A DNA stretch of 64,000 nt, from the NCBI RefSeq assembly GCF_009914755.1, contig NC_060926.1; one strand, written 5' to 3'. Shown here piece by piece: positions 1 through 13,890 of this stretch (positions are counted from its first letter, which is position 1; each line of letters starts with the position of its first letter). Both the position numbers and the translations under genes were made by a program. The DNA comes from the human T2T-CHM13v2.0 reference genome, Homo sapiens. The notes beneath the pieces are model-generated. The model was not told the origin of the DNA and did not search any database. It was given only the letters and a program-made list of their open reading frames with translations.

Positions 1-3000
1 ATTGTTTCCTATATACCAGCAATTAACAATTGAAATTTGAAATTCTAAAATGAATACTATTTACAAAAATTGATGAAACAGTTCAAAACAGATCCAAATA
101 AAACAGATAATTGATGTTCACAAATTTGAAGACTCAGTATTTCTAAACTGACAATTATTCCCAACTTAATCTAGAGATTCAATGAAACCCCACTCAAAAT
201 CCTAGCAGGCTATTTATTGATATTGAAAAACTGATTCTAAAATTTTTTATAGAAAGGCAAACACAATACCAAAGTGGAAGAAAGTTAAATGGCTCACAAT
301 ACCTCATTTTAATACTTATTATAAAGGCACAGTAGTTGAGACAGTATAGTATTGGTGAAAAAAATTAATGCATAGATAACAATAGAGGACTTAGAAACTG
401 ACTTATACGAACATAGTCAACTGATCTTTGATAGAGAAAGACACATCAAATGAGGAAGAATAATCTTGTCAACTGGTGCTGGAGAAATTGGACCTCTCCA
501 GACAAAAACATGAACTTAGAAACAGACCTTACATATTACACAAAAATTAGCTCAAAAATAGAATACAGAGAATACATAATACAAAACTGTAAGATTTTTG
601 AACATGGGAGAAAATCTATATGACCTTGGATTTGGTGATGGGCTTTTAAAATAAAACACCACTAGCATAATCCATGAAAGAAAGAATTGGTAAATTGCTT
701 ATTAAAATTAGAAACTTCTACTCTGTGAAAGACAATAAAATAAAAACACCCAGAGAAAACATTTGCAAAACATGTCTGCTAAAGAAGATGTACAGATGGA
801 AAATAATCATATGAAAAAAATGCTCAGTATCATTTTTCATAAGGAAACTGCAAATTTAAGCAACAATGAGATAGTGCTACACACCTATAAGGACAGCTAA
901 AATCCAAAACACTGACAATGCAAAATGCTGGTATGGATCGGGAGCCATAGGAACTCTCATTTATTGCTGGTGGAAAAGCAAAATGGTACGGCCACTTTGA
1001 AAAGCTGTTTGACAGTTGCTTGCAAAGCTAACAGTAGTCTTATTATATGATTCCCCTAGCATACTCCTAGGTATTTACTCAATTGAATGAGAGGGTTGTG
1101 TCCATATAACAACCTGCAGATAACTGATTATAGCAATTTCTTTTACAATGGCCTAAAATTGAAGCAACCAAGATGCCCTACAATAGGTGAATAAACAAGC
1201 TGTGGGGCATCCATGCTATAAAATATTTTTGGCAATAAAATTAGATGAGCTATCATGCCACAAAGTCATGGCTGAACCTAAATGAATATCATATGTGAAA
1301 GAAGCCAGTATGAAAAGCCTACATACTATAGGGCTCAAGTTATATGAAATTTCTTAAAAGGAAACATTATAGTGGGGAAACTCACTAGTGGTTAATTGAA
1401 GAGTTTGGCAGGAGTTGGAGGGTGAAGGTTGAATAAGTGTAGCACATGAGATTTTTTGCAGGGTGACGAAGTTATCCTGTATGATACTAAAATGGTGGAT
1501 TCAAGACATTAAACATTTATCAAAACCCACAGAAATTGACAACAGACAGTAAATCTTAATGCACTCAGATTGCAAAATGTACATACTTTATGGATCAGAT
1601 GATCCTGAAGGAAATGCAGAACACAACCAAATAAGCTAAATATATTACAAATGTATGCAACAACTTCACTGAAGGGGAAAATATAGTAAGGTGCTGACCT
1701 AAGTAACTTCGGGAGTGAGTGGAGTCTGCAGGACAAAAGGCAAATGGAATTGTACAAAGCACTGCACTTTAGTTAATAAAGTTTTTTTTTCTTCTCCCAT
1801 GGAGGTAACATGCTAAAACTACTATATACGTATACTGGAACTGAGCAATTAAGTAAATGAATGGCAACTGGTAGAAGCCAGTGATCACACTCCAGGGAGT
1901 GGGAGGTTACAGATAAGCAAGGAAGCAGGCTAGAATGATCCATGTAGTAATGGATTAAAGTAGAAGGCATAAGTATGAACTCATTTTAGCTTAATATACA
2001 TGCCAATAATTACATATGGACATATAGATAAATATGTGTAAGTACAAGGGTTCATATACACACATAACTTTCCCTGCTCTGTCAGCTCAGAGACAGTGAC
2101 ACATCAGTAGCAATGAGCACAGCTAGTGCATAAATTTGGTCTCTAATATGACCCTTAAATAGAACAAACCTGCATGGCTCCTTGGAGAAATAACTTATTC
2201 TAGGACTTGGAAAAGAACCATACGAGATGAGCCTGGAGTATCACACAGTGCCAGAAAATAACGAAGTGTTAAAACGAAACCAAACAAAACACAACGAGAG
2301 TATGCCAGTGGACTCAGCAGATAACTAAAAGAGGTCCAGTGGCCAAAGCTGGAATAATTTGGGCAAAAACTGTAAAGTGGTTTTGGATCTTAACCCAAAA
2401 TATAAAATAAAGATCCAAAAGTTTATGATGACTTGTGATATTGTTCTAATTTGGTCTGGAGGTGCCTCTCTTGAGAGTGGCCATGAGCCATAATAGTCAC
2501 TTTTTAAGGGAGCTTTCCTAGGGATGAGAGGAACTTAGGATGGGTGTGCCTGTTAGGTGAAACACGGAGGAGGCAGCACAACAAAACATGAAATAGCCAA
2601 AGTACTTATTACTCACTGATCCATAAACGCAGAGGGTTGCCCCTGAGAGAAGGCCGGAGACAACAGGGTACTCAAACGGTCCGTAGAGAGCAAGAGAGAG
2701 CGCGAGTAAGCACCTGGGGGACTGTGCCTTTATTAAGGTCCATGGGGCCATGGGTATCCCTTAGGGTGTGGATTGGCTAGTTAAAAAAAAAAAAAAATGT
2801 GAAAAGGGGAAACTTAATTACATGCCTGGTGTTGACCATTAAGTTTCATCATGATCAGCAGCTGTGGGATGTGTTGAGCCTGGGGTCAAAAAAATGAGGC
2901 ACAAGTGAGTTATATCTCCCCAAACAACTACATGGCGAGGGGAAGTTTTAACTAGGCTAAAGGTTACAGGGTACGACTAGGTTTCAGACAACTCATGTCA

Positions 3001-3765
3001 AGCCTAAAAATGGATGCCATGGCAGCAACTGTATTAAACAATTTTATGACATTGACATAAGTAAATGCTTGAATAAATAATAGATGGAAGGAGAATAGAT
3101 AAATCTGCCTCAGAAAACTCCAAGTAATTTTTGTAGATATGTCACCATCAAAGAAGTAGGACATAAATTCCCACTCCTTAATTGTAAATTTATATAATGA
3201 TTTTTATTGAAAGGATATAGTATAGAGGAAAGTGGGAATAAGAGTAAATGTATGGCATAGAAACTTGAAAGCTACTGTCTTAAGCCAGGTGATCAAGATT
3301 AACATCAACAGAATCATCGCAGATAGTAAGTTTTGCTGATAGAATATAAGAATGGTACTTTACTACTAGGATCTTCTTCCCAAAAACTATTGCCAGAGTT
3401 TAACCATGAGAAAGGCATTAGATAAATCTCAACTGAGTATTATTCTACAGAATACCAGTACTCCTCAAAACTATCAAGGTCATCAAAAGCAAGAAGAGTC
3501 TGAGAAACCATCACCATCTAGAGTGGCCTAACCTTGTATCCTGAAAAAGAAAAAGGAACATTAGGGAGAAATTAAGGAAATCTGAATAAAGTACAAATTT
3601 GAGTTAATAATAAGATATCAATAATCTTTCATTAATTGGGACAAACATACCATACTAAGATGCTAATAATTTGGTAAATTAAGTGTGGGGTATATAAGGA
3701 ACTCTTTGTATTACCTTTGCATTTATTCTGTAAATCTGAATTTATTCTAAAACCAAAGGTTTACT
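1..3765 (+). mobile_element. Old LINE-1 (L1MC3-like): ORF2 3' end plus long 3' UTR, interrupted by MER77
   Basis: Degenerate ORF2 C-terminal sequence at 1-1250, then L1MC3-type 3' UTR motifs (aaggtgctgacctaagtaact, gagtgggaggttacagataagcaagg, ctgtaaatct...attctaaaa). Confidence 0.8.
2434..3051 (-). mobile_element. MER77-like ERVL solo LTR nested in L1MC
   Basis: TG...CA termini. The minus strand begins tgtcataaaattgtttaatacagttgctgccatggcatccatttttaggc, as recalled for MER77. L1MC sequence resumes on both sides. Confidence 0.75.
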
Positions 3766-4057
3766 AAGTTTACTAATACCTATTAGCTAAGGAGTTTTTT
3801 TAAGTGGTAACTTTTCCAGATGAGTCTCCTTAACAATTCCAGGGTCTTAAGAATAGGAGAATACAGGAGAAGGTACTACTGTAATTATAACTTTCATCTT
3901 TGTTATTTAGGTAATTTAAGCTTGCAGATTTCCAAGTCAATATAAGTACTAGGTTAAAATAATCAGATAGGAAAGTAAAAACTTTCAAGGTAATTTTATT
4001 TTATTTTACATTAACAAGAGCTTTGGACAACAAAAAGGTCTTCAAGTAACTCGAAAT

Positions 4058-4292
4058 TGAAATAGAAACTGAGTCACTGCTATTTCCGGTATTAACTGTT
4101 TTTGTATAATTGGCTATTTTTATTGCTTTTTTTTTAAGTAAATACTTTCTGTAACTCCAAGTTTGGCCACTCTTTTTTCTTATTTCCTTCTTCTTCTGCA
4201 GTCTCTCAAATCCTCTGGGAGATATAAATATAATATTAATTCCTTATATGAAAATGGTCAATACAGACCATCACTTGTGGTAGTACAGAAAG
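4058..4292. repeat. Local duplication of non-TE sequence, copy A (paralog of 6191-6430)
   Basis: Aligns by eye with 6191-6430: tgaaataga..tgagtcactgctatttcc..agtaaatactttctgtaactc..ttcttctgcagtct..ctctgggagatata..aaatggtca.tacagacc..ggtagtacagaaag. Confidence 0.95.
4146..4214 (-). other. Candidate 69-nt phase 2-2 exon (GFERLQKKKEIRKKSGQTWSYR)
   Basis: Acceptor tatatctcccag, donor AA|gtattt, open frame; same length as paralog 6280-6348. Confidence 0.35.
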
Positions 4293-4963
4293 ACATATAT
4301 GAAATGTCATATATTAAATATATTATATGATTCTATTGTGCAAATCCATGTGCTTACTAATTCCAGAGTTGTTGTAATGATTACAAGTCAAGTAAGGTAA
4401 TATGGTCCTCACTGATTTAAGTTTAGATTCTAGAAGGATCCAGAATAAATGTGTGACTCTGGGAAAAGGGTACATGTGTCTGCTTAATAGGTTCAACAAC
4501 AAAGAAGCTTGTCTGCAACTAACTGCAAGGAAAATATTGCAAAGAACCTCTTGAGATGCATATTCAAAATGTCTTCTCCATTTCCCTATTCTGGTTTCCC
4601 AATGTGATTCTTTGAAATTTGAGAGGTCACTGATAAAATTGAAAATCCTTCCAAAACCCAAAGTGCCATCTATGGACAATAACTGAGTCAAGAGAACATT
4701 TACGGAGAAAGGAGGGAGATGGAAAAGAGATTCAGAGTGTAAGATCCCTTTATGTAAGAGAAGTGGGGATTATCCAAAGTGCAGGAGAGTCGACCAGACA
4801 CTAAAAGGTTTTTGAGGTGTTTGAGAAAGTCGATCATAAATACAAAGCTAGAAAATATTACTACCCACCCTACACCATAAGAGGGAACTTTGAAGAGGAG
4901 TAGAGTCCTTCAGCTGTTTTCTTTGCAGTCTCATTTCATAATAATTTTCCAATACTGTTTTAC

Positions 4964-5038
4964 TTTTTACATTGGCTCAATTTCTCAGAAATAACTTCAT
5001 GGTTATTTGCACTTCTTGGTGTGATATTTCTTAAAAGG
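4964..5038 (-). other. Candidate 75-nt phase 2-2 exon (LLRNITPRSANNHEVISEKLSQCK)
   Basis: Acceptor ttttaatactgtttttcttaag, donor AA|gtaaaa; open and phase-compatible with the flanking 69-nt candidates. Confidence 0.25.
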
Positions 5039-5294
5039 CTTAAGAAAAACAGTATTAAAACAAAATCAAATTTGCCCTCCATATGTCTCTACTGCAGTCC
5101 TTGAAGAAGGTGTGTCAATCTTCCTAAGTTACAGTCTTGTGCTTCAGGTAGTAAAGGGCAGTACAGTGAGGTGAAAAGAGACTGAAAACCTTACTTTCTG
5201 CTTACCTTCCTACTCACATATGAGAGAAAACCAGCCAATTAAATGAAAATAGAGGATGAAATGTGTGTTATATCTATGTTTGAATCTTCATTAG

Positions 5295-5757
5295 TGTTTT
5301 AGCTATTCATTGAAGCAAAACAAGGCACCCCCAAAACTTAGTATCTTTAAACAATGACATTAACTATCCCAATTCAGTATATGGTTCTGCTCCTCAGTTT
5401 TTCCTGAAGTCACTCATGGAGTTATATTCAAATATGAGCTTTCCTGGAACTGGAATTTCCAAGATGACCTCTTATCCTTCAAAGTGTCTCTCTTTCTGTA
5501 TCTTCTGTGGGTATTCAGGTAATCTAATCTGACTTCTTTAAGGTTGGTGGCTGACTTTCAGGTGGGAGGGATTTGAAGATGATAAGCCCAAATGTGCAAT
5601 TACTTCTCAAATCTGTGCTTTCTCTACACTTGCCAATGTCCCATTCATCAAAGCAAGTTGTGTGGCCAAGCTCAGAACTAGTGCAGGAGAGAACTATTTA
5701 AGTGTCTGAATGCCAGAAGACAGGGATTATAGGGGGGTACCAATCTAACAATCTCTC
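5295..5757 (-). mobile_element. MLT1-family MaLR LTR (old, diverged)
   Basis: cccccaaaacttagt..ttaaacaa start and tgccaatgtcccatt..aagcaagt..tggccaagc motif, typical of MLT1 LTRs. Confidence 0.6.
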
Positions 5758-6074
5758 ATAATTACAACTTCAAAATAAACACAAAAATCAATGAATTAAA
5801 GTTAAATTACTATACATGTTGGGTGATGGAAAGCATACATGGGAAACAGGGATTAGGCAATGTTCCAGAATGTTTTTTAACAAAGAATATTGGTTTCTAG
5901 TAATTATTTTCTGGGGTGCAAGTACCACTTTGACCAAATCTGTAGCTAAATTTTCTTCCCTGATGTATTAATAACTGAATTTTGCAGAACTGATAGGTTT
6001 CTTGGATATTTTGTCTGCTAATGTGGTTATTTCTAGACATCAAACTACCCCTCTCCCACCCAGCCCACTTGCTC

Positions 6075-6130
6075 AACACAATAAACACAGACAAACACAC
6101 ACACATACACACAGACACACACACACACAC
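6075..6130. repeat. Imperfect (CA)n microsatellite
   Basis: acacacacatacacacagacacacacacacacac. Confidence 0.9.
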
Positions 6131-6190
6131 CTGAAATTAAATTTTTAAAAAATCACTAGAATTGATTAAATATCTTAAAGGCCTCCTTCC

Positions 6191-6430
6191 TGAAATAGAC
6201 AGTGAGTCACTGCTATTTCCAGTATTGACTTTTTTTATAATTTTTTATTTTTTTCAGTTTTTTTAAAAAAAGTAAATACTTTCTGTAACTCAAGAATTGG
6301 TCATTCTTTTTCCTAATTTTCCTCTTCTTCTGCAGTCTTTCAAATTCTCTGGGAGATATATAAATAAAATACTCAACCCCTTATATTAAAATGGTCAGTA
6401 CAGACCCTCATTTGGGGTAGTACAGAAAGT
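6191..6430. repeat. Local duplication of non-TE sequence, copy B (paralog of 4058-4292)
   Basis: See copy A; direct orientation, offset about 2134 bp. Confidence 0.95.
6280..6348 (-). other. Candidate 69-nt phase 2-2 exon (EFERLQKKRKIRKKNDQFLSYR)
   Basis: Acceptor tatatctcccag, donor AA|gtattt, open frame. Confidence 0.35.
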
Positions 6431-6589
6431 ATTGCAATCAATACTGTACTAGGTACTAGATAAAAGGCAGATACAAAAGAAGATATGTGATATCATACTT
6501 TAATCTGTACAATACATTTTAATTTATACATTTATCCATAGGTTATGATTTTGTTGAAACTTCAACTGTATGAAGAGGTTTTCAAAAGT

Positions 6590-6700
6590 GATATCATTAC
6601 ATACATATTATGGATGATAAAAATGAGGCTGATAAAGAGGAAGTGAATGTCTACAGTTGTACAACTAGAAGGGGGTTGAATTCAGTCTAGAACTGAATAA
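6590..6700 (-). mobile_element. MIR fragment
   Basis: gatgataaaaatgaggctgataaagaggaagtgaatgtc..gtacaactagaag resembles the MIR core. Confidence 0.45.
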
Positions 6701-7784
6701 AATTGAGTAGAATTTCAGTGTTTCTTTATGGTAGAATAATTGTAAGATGCAGGATTTTATAAATCTAAGTTTAAATTTTAATTTCAACATTTGAACAAAT
6801 TGTATAAACACGTGAAATGCAGATTATGTTTTCAGTATAATACTGATACCTTATATAATTAATATGGTTCTATTAATATTATTCTATTACATGATTTTAT
6901 CTCTTTAAGGATATGGCTGCTGTCCTTAAAATCTTTCAAGCTGGCTGAGGAATAAGGTACGATTACCTAAACTAATAGCATTAGGTATTCAAAAGTGTTG
7001 AAAAGAAGAATAAATATAGAAAGAAAATAGTTAACTATTCAATTGTGTCACATTGAAGGAAGCAATACATACGTTCATTGAAGAGGAAGAACAGGGAGAT
7101 CTGATGTAGTCAGAGAGGATTTGACAGAAAAGGTGACACTTAAACTTGGCCTTCAATCTATTATACATGTATTTTGTGTCTTTGTATTCTCAGCAGAGTT
7201 CATATTCATTCTTCCTGTAATGACTGTTGAGAGGCATGAAGTCTGTTATCAATCACATCTCAACCATGAAGGCTTGACCCTTTTGCCACATTGATTAGGC
7301 ATCACACTGATCTGCTATGCATTATGTCAGTTTGCTCTTCTTCCTTCTTTCCTCCCTCTCTATTTCACAAGTGCTGCATTGCCCTTTCACGGTCAAAGTA
7401 TCCACTTCCAGCTTATTGTGCCTGGATTCCTTGTGTTGAAAAGCACCAGGTTCTTTATGATAAGCACTTATATATGCGAAAATATTCTCTCCAAAAAATA
7501 TAAGTGTGACTACCCTAAGTACCTGAGGTAAAGAACAATTGTGAAATTCAAAAGAAGAATGAAATGTTCAATTAGAGACCAAAATTGCTTTACAGCAGCA
7601 CAATAAAATAAAACACAAACCAGTTTTTCTCAGCACCAGACTATTTTTTCACACACAGCAAAATAGAAAGTAGCCCTCATGGTTGCTTAACCAGTATATA
7701 TGAGTGGTGAGAGTTTTCTTTCTTTCCTTTTATCCTCCAAGGAGCTATGGGGGAAGGGTAGAATGACTCACACTCAAGTATTAA

Positions 7785-8110
<326 letters not shown>

Positions 8111-8317
8111 CTCTGTCCTTTTCTTCTGCCATCTTTCCCACTAATTACTCTGATAAGCTGTTCAGCAGACAACAGAATATGTACCCTCTGTAGTCTTTTA
8201 GATAATTCTACCAATGAGGGGTAGAAAAGTGCACTGTCCATTAGAAATGACAAAAATGGTTTCCCATCCATATTGAGATAGGACAATAACCCTGGGCTTC
8301 TGAAGACACTGACTACC

Positions 8318-9466
8318 CATGCTCTGGACTTATAGACAATTAGGTTATGTCCTCATAAACCTATGATAACTTTAACATACTATAATTTAAAAACGTATTT
8401 AATATTGAAATGGGAGAGTTTCCTGATCCCCTTGCAGGATGTGCAAAAGGAGCATGGCTTGTCTGTTCAAACCCCTGATGGGAGGGGGAGCATGCAGACT
8501 GGCAGGTGCAGGAAGCCTGGGTGAGTGCTTTTGGCTCCAGCCCTGCAGTAGTGTCTAGAGGTGGGTATCTGAGGGCCCAGAGTTACAATGCTTTTTTACC
8601 CTTGCCATCTGCAGATGGCTTAAGTGTTAACCAGCTCAATGGACCCTCCGCCTTTTCCCAAGGTCGGAGGGCTGGTGTGACAGCTTTCTGTATCCTGAGC
8701 TCTTGCCCAGTGTCCCAGAAGAATCAGGTCCCACACAGGCTTGAAGGGTGAACGTGGGGTGTTATTGAGTGGTGAAGGGGGCTCTCAGTGGGATGGATGG
8801 GGAGCTGGAAGGGGGATAGAGTGGGAAGATGATCTTCCCCTGGAGTTTGGCCATTCAGCAGCTGAACTCCCCTCCCACCCACCACCAGTAGTCAAACTTC
8901 TCTCGGCATTCAGACATCCCTTCCCTTCTCTCATTCTCTATCACGCTGTTCATCTGCTTGTTTCCTTGTCTCCTCATCTGCTCCTGGAGCCTGGGGTTCA
9001 GGATTTATGTGGGTACAGAATAGGGGTGCATGAGGGGCCAAAAGATGTGTGAAAACAGAAATGCCTGTTCCCACTTAGGGCTGTGGGCCTCCAGGCTTGA
9101 TGGTGGGACCTTTGCTGGAGAACTGCCCTCTTATGCCTAGTATTTCCCTGTCTCCTGTCCATATCAGTACACCTAACCTACATTCTCAGAACAACTGCAT
9201 TAGCCTACAGGTGAAGAAAATCATCTCTCAATGCAGTGCACTGTAGAGATCTGGTGTTTACCCTTGTGATTGCGGAGGCGACTGGGAGCTGCACTTGCTG
9301 TCTCTGCTTAGCATAAGGAGAGAGTATCTTGCTGCACATCACTAGCCCGAGAAAAGGTCAAGATTCAAAATTCAAAGCACAGTTTCTATTGAATGTGTAT
9401 TGCTTTCACACCGTTATAACGTCAAAAAATTGCAAGTCAAACTATCATAAGTCAAGGACTGTCTAT
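8318..9466 (+). mobile_element. MER47/Tigger5-type Tc1-mariner DNA element split by an LTR
   Basis: Left part ggttatgtcctcataaacc..tatttaata. Right part acacctaacctac..cagtttctattgaatgtgtattgctttcacacc..aagtcaaggactgtctata. Confidence 0.7.
8406..9166 (-). mobile_element. ERV1 solo LTR, LTR27/LTR28/MER52 group
   Basis: TG...CA termini. The minus strand starts tgatatggacaggagacagggaaatactaggcataagagggcag and ends ..gatcaggaaactctcccatttca. Confidence 0.75.
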
Positions 9467-9763
9467 AGTGGCCAAACTGAATTTCTTACCCAAAAATTCA
9501 CACCGAACATCCAGTGACTTATAATAGCAATCAAGAACTTTTGTTGATTTAACAGAGACAATATTTATATAAAGATGGCAATTTGTGTAGCAGGTGAAGA
9601 GGAACTGTCAGGAATTTCTCTTGACACTGTTTGTTCAGGGAAGCACACGAATTTTACACAAATAGTGTGTTTATTTAGAGTAGCTTAAAAAGACAGCTGA
9701 TGGAAAGTCATTTTTTATTCTTCTGTCTAGTTAAATCTGTTCATTTCTTCAAACTTAACACAC

Positions 9764-9806
9764 TTTTTCCTCATCTTAGACTTTTTCTGTGACTGTTTTT
9801 GTTTTG
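9764..9806 (-). other. Candidate 43-nt phase 1-2 exon (KQKQSQKKSKMRK)
   Basis: Acceptor cctctcttctgcccttctag, donor AA|gtgtgt; joins in frame to 6280-6348. Confidence 0.25.
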
Positions 9807-10191
9807 CTAGAAGGGCAGAAGAGAGGAAATTGATAGGAAAATAAAATAACTATAACTGACTCTTGATTATTGACACCAAAAATCTTGTGTGCTTTCTCAC
9901 TGAATCACACATATTTGGTTATCACCATTCTGTTTCTATATGTATAAAATGTTAAACCTGAACAGAACTTTTACAGACCATAGAAATTTTATCTTCTTTT
10001 GCAGTTTTTCTTTTCTTTGATCTTTACCAGCCTCTAATCAAATCTATTAAAATCAGATAATATTCCCAGTTTTTGGCATTTCCACTTTTTCCAAGCTGCT
10101 GTGCTAGTATTTTACAAGTTATCTACTAAAAAAATGACCAAAAATTTAAGTTGGAGGTAGTAAATATCCCTCCATGTTTAGGAAATATGTA

Positions 10192-10619
10192 CAGTTGACT
10201 CTTGAACAACATGGGTTTGAACAGCCCGGGCCCACTTATATACGGATTTGTTTCCAGCTCTGCCACCCCTGAGACAACAAGACTAAGCCCTCCTCTTTCT
10301 TCCTTTCCTCAGCCTACTGAACGTGAAGACAATGAAATGATCTACTTCCATTTAATGAATGGCAAACATATTTTCTTTTCCTTATGATTTTCTTAAAAAC
10401 ATTTTCTTTTCTCTAGCTTACTTTATCGTAAGAATTATATGTATGTAATACATGTAGCATACAAAATATGTGTTAATTGGCCATTTATGTAATCAGTAAG
10501 GCTTCTGGTCAACAATAGGCTATTAGTAGTTAAGTCTTTGATGAGTCAAAGGTTATACTCGAATCTTTGACTGTGCCTGGTATCAGCACCTTAAGCCCAG
10601 GCTGTTCAAGGGTGAACTG
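10192..10619 (+). mobile_element. Tigger2a (MER28)-like MITE
   Basis: TA|cagttgactcttgaaca ... tgttcaagggtgaactg|TA terminal inverted repeats with TA duplication. Confidence 0.85.
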
Positions 10620-12178
10620 TATGTATTAACCAAATCTTGACTCTCAGAGATTGAGCTGATGTAACATAGGAGCTATTTTGGAAAAATAGAGGTGAGGAGA
10701 CAGTGGAGATCCTGCTTTCTTGCCACTCTGCAAAGCACCTTGAAGATGTAAATTGAATTCCTCTAAGATGTAAATTCTAAATTTCCATGTAAGATTTTAA
10801 AGGAATAAATCAAAACTGTGAAAACTACTGCTTTTTATAACCTACTAAATTGACATGTGAAAGAATGCAAGAGGATCATTCCCATAAAGAAAAGAGGGTT
10901 TAATTATAAGATGCCTTTTATAGGCAATGGCTTCATTATTTCCCAGCTAAACCACTTATGATCGGCACAGCAGGAATGTGAAATGGAATAAAGACGACAC
11001 GACAAAAGGCCAATAAGGAGAATATTTTCAGGCAGAATCAAATGGCATCAAACCAACAGCAACACCAAGAAACACTTAGCCATATAGTGAAACATGTAAT
11101 TGCAAATTAGGGAAGAGGCACTATCTGAATCACCTATCCTGCACCCTGGCACTTCAGGCAGAGAAGAGGTATTTCCTTTGTTTTTTTCTAGGCTAATCTT
11201 ACTCATGCTCTTAGGGGAACTCAAGAGTCAAATCGTGCAAATAGTCGCACTTGTCTGTTCAAAAGCACTTCATTATTTTCTACCCTTAAATTCAGTTTAT
11301 TTCCTTTCCTGATAGTCTGATTTTCATGTGATTTCAATCCTTTCCCTTTCTTTGCAATACCTAATTTATGCCTCCCTGATAGTGTCAATGTATAATAGCA
11401 ATAAGACACTGGTGGGCTTCTGTGCTTCCTCAATTCCTTCTGTAGTTGAACTTTCTCACTGCCCTGTGAAAGCCAGCAAGTGACCCAGAGGTTTCTATAA
11501 ACATTTCTATTAATAATCCTAAGTTGTATTTCTCAAAATATTGGCCTTTTTCTCAGTCGTTCAGAATTGACAATCATTCCTATTTACTATTACAAAAGCG
11601 GCTGCCTTAGTATTCTTCAAGTAGAGAACAAATCTTTATCTGTTTATGAAGTGAGTTTAAACATATTCTACCTCTGCTTTCCTCATTTAACTAGGGAGGT
11701 CAAATATGTTGCTTATTAATCTCAGTAGCATGAGCAGCGCAGACCTTAATACTTGTTTAGTATTAGAAAAATCACTGACAGCAGAATGGTTAACTCTGCT
11801 TTAGAGACAGATGGAAGGAAAAAGAGAGAGAAAAGAAGAATATTGACAATGGGAGAGGAATTATGTAAAAATATAAAATAATTTGAAAGAATAAATGAGA
11901 GGAAATGGAAGAGAAAAAATAGGACTACAGGAAGAGAGTTAAGAGGATTTTTTTAAGCTACACAAGGTAAGGAGACAGGAAACATCTTTTTATCACTCTC
12001 TGTTAAACACAAAGCCAGACATTATATTTGAACTTACAATGATATATATTTTTTTCTCATTGGACAAATATAATTAATCAAAGAAAAAGGAAGAAACAAA
12101 CAAATAGCAACAAAAAAAGAGAACCCTGAAGCTTAGAGAGGTTGAGGTTCCATAAAGAGGTGAGAGAACAAGTAAATA

Positions 12179-13890
12179 TAGTCATGTGTCCCTTTGTTGT
12201 TGGGAATGTGTTCTGAGAAATTCATTGCTGGGTTATTTCATGATAATGAGAACCTCATAGAGTGTACTTACACAAACCTAGATGTTATACACCAGTGGTC
12301 CCCAATCTTTCTGGCACTAGGGACCAGTTTCATGGAACATAATTTTTCCATAGACTCAGGGTGGGCATGGTTTCAGGATGATTCATGTGAATTACATTTA
12401 TTATGTACTTTATTTCTATTATTATTACATTTTCGTATATAATGAAATAATTACACAACTCACCATAATGTAGATTCAGCGGGATCCTTGTGCTTGTTTT
12501 CCTGCAACTAGAAGGCCTCATCTCAAGGTGATGGGAGACAGTGATAGATCATCAGGCACTAGATTCTTATAAAAATCACGCAACCTAGATCTCTTGCATG
12601 CACAGTTCACAGTGGGGCCCACACTCCTATGAGAATCAATGCCACCACTGAGCTGACATGAAGCAGAACCCAGGTGATAATGTGAGTGATGAGGAGCAGC
12701 TGTAAATACAGATAAAGCTTTGCTTTCTTGCTGACTGCTCAATTCCCACTATATGGCCCAGTTCTCAACAGGTCACAGACCAGTACCAGAGGTTGGAGAC
12801 CCCTGTTATACTCTACTTTACACCTAGGCTATATAATATAGTCTATTGCTCCTAGGTTACAAACCTGAACAGCATTACTGTTCAGAATACTGTAAGCAAC
12901 TGTAACACCATGGTATTTGTGTTTCTAAACATATCTAAACATAAAAAAGGTATAGTACAAATATGATAGAAAAGATAAAAAATGGAACACCTGTGTAGGG
13001 TGCTTATCATGAATACAGTTTGCAAAACTGGAAGTTGCTGTTGGTGAGTCAGTGAGCAAGTGATGAGTAAATGTGAAGGCCTAGACATTACTGTACACTA
13101 CTGTAGATTTTATAATCCCTGAACGCTGAGGTGACATCAAATTTATAAAAACAATTTTCCTTTCTTCAATTAAAAATTCACCTTAGCTTACTGTATTTTT
13201 TTATTTTGTAAACTTTTTATTTTTTAACTGTTTCACTCTTACAGTAACACTTAGCTTAAAACACAAACACATTGTACAGCTACACAGAAATATTTTATTT
13301 ATATCCCTAATATATGCTTTTTTATTTTTATATCTATATTTTTTATTTTTTACTTTCTAAACTATTTTGTTAAAAATTGAGACACAAACACATACATTAG
13401 CCTAGACCTACAGAGGGTCAGGATCATCAATATTACTGTCTTCCACCTCCACATCTTGTCCCACTGGTAGATCTTCAGGGACAAAAACGTGTGGAGCTGT
13501 CATCTCCTATGATAACAATGCTTTCTTCTGGAATACTTCCTGAAGGGTCTGCCTGAGGCTGTTTTATAGTTAACTTTAAAAAAATATGTAAGTAGGAGTA
13601 CAGTGTAAAATAAAGATAAAAACAATAGTAAATGCATAAACTAGTCATTTATTATCAAGTATTATATACCACACATAATTGTATGTGCTATACTTTTATA
13701 AGACTTGCACTGCAGTAGGTTTGTGTACACCAGCATCACCACAACCAAGTGGGTAATACAGTGGGGACACTGCCACAGCTACAGTGTCACTAGATGATGC
13801 AAATTTTTAAGCTCCATTATAATCTTACGGAACCACCCTTGTATTTGCAGTCCGTCATTGCCTGAAATGCTGTCACGTGGCACATGACAG
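12179..13890. mobile_element. Tigger3b (Golem) DNA transposon, interrupted by MER1A
   Basis: tagtcatgtg ... cacatgacag|ta termini; internal tagagtgtacttacacaaacctagatg, cctattgctcctagg and ggatcatcaatattactgtcttccacc-type motifs. Confidence 0.85.
12293..12805. mobile_element. MER1A hAT-Charlie element
   Basis: cagtggtccccaat ... ggttggagacccctg TIRs; 8-bp TSD ttatacac/ttatactc. Confidence 0.9.

Noticed and set aside
7194-7527. Plus-strand AG..GT bounded 334-nt segment
   Set aside because: No sustained reading frame or partner exons; motifs are compatible with chance.
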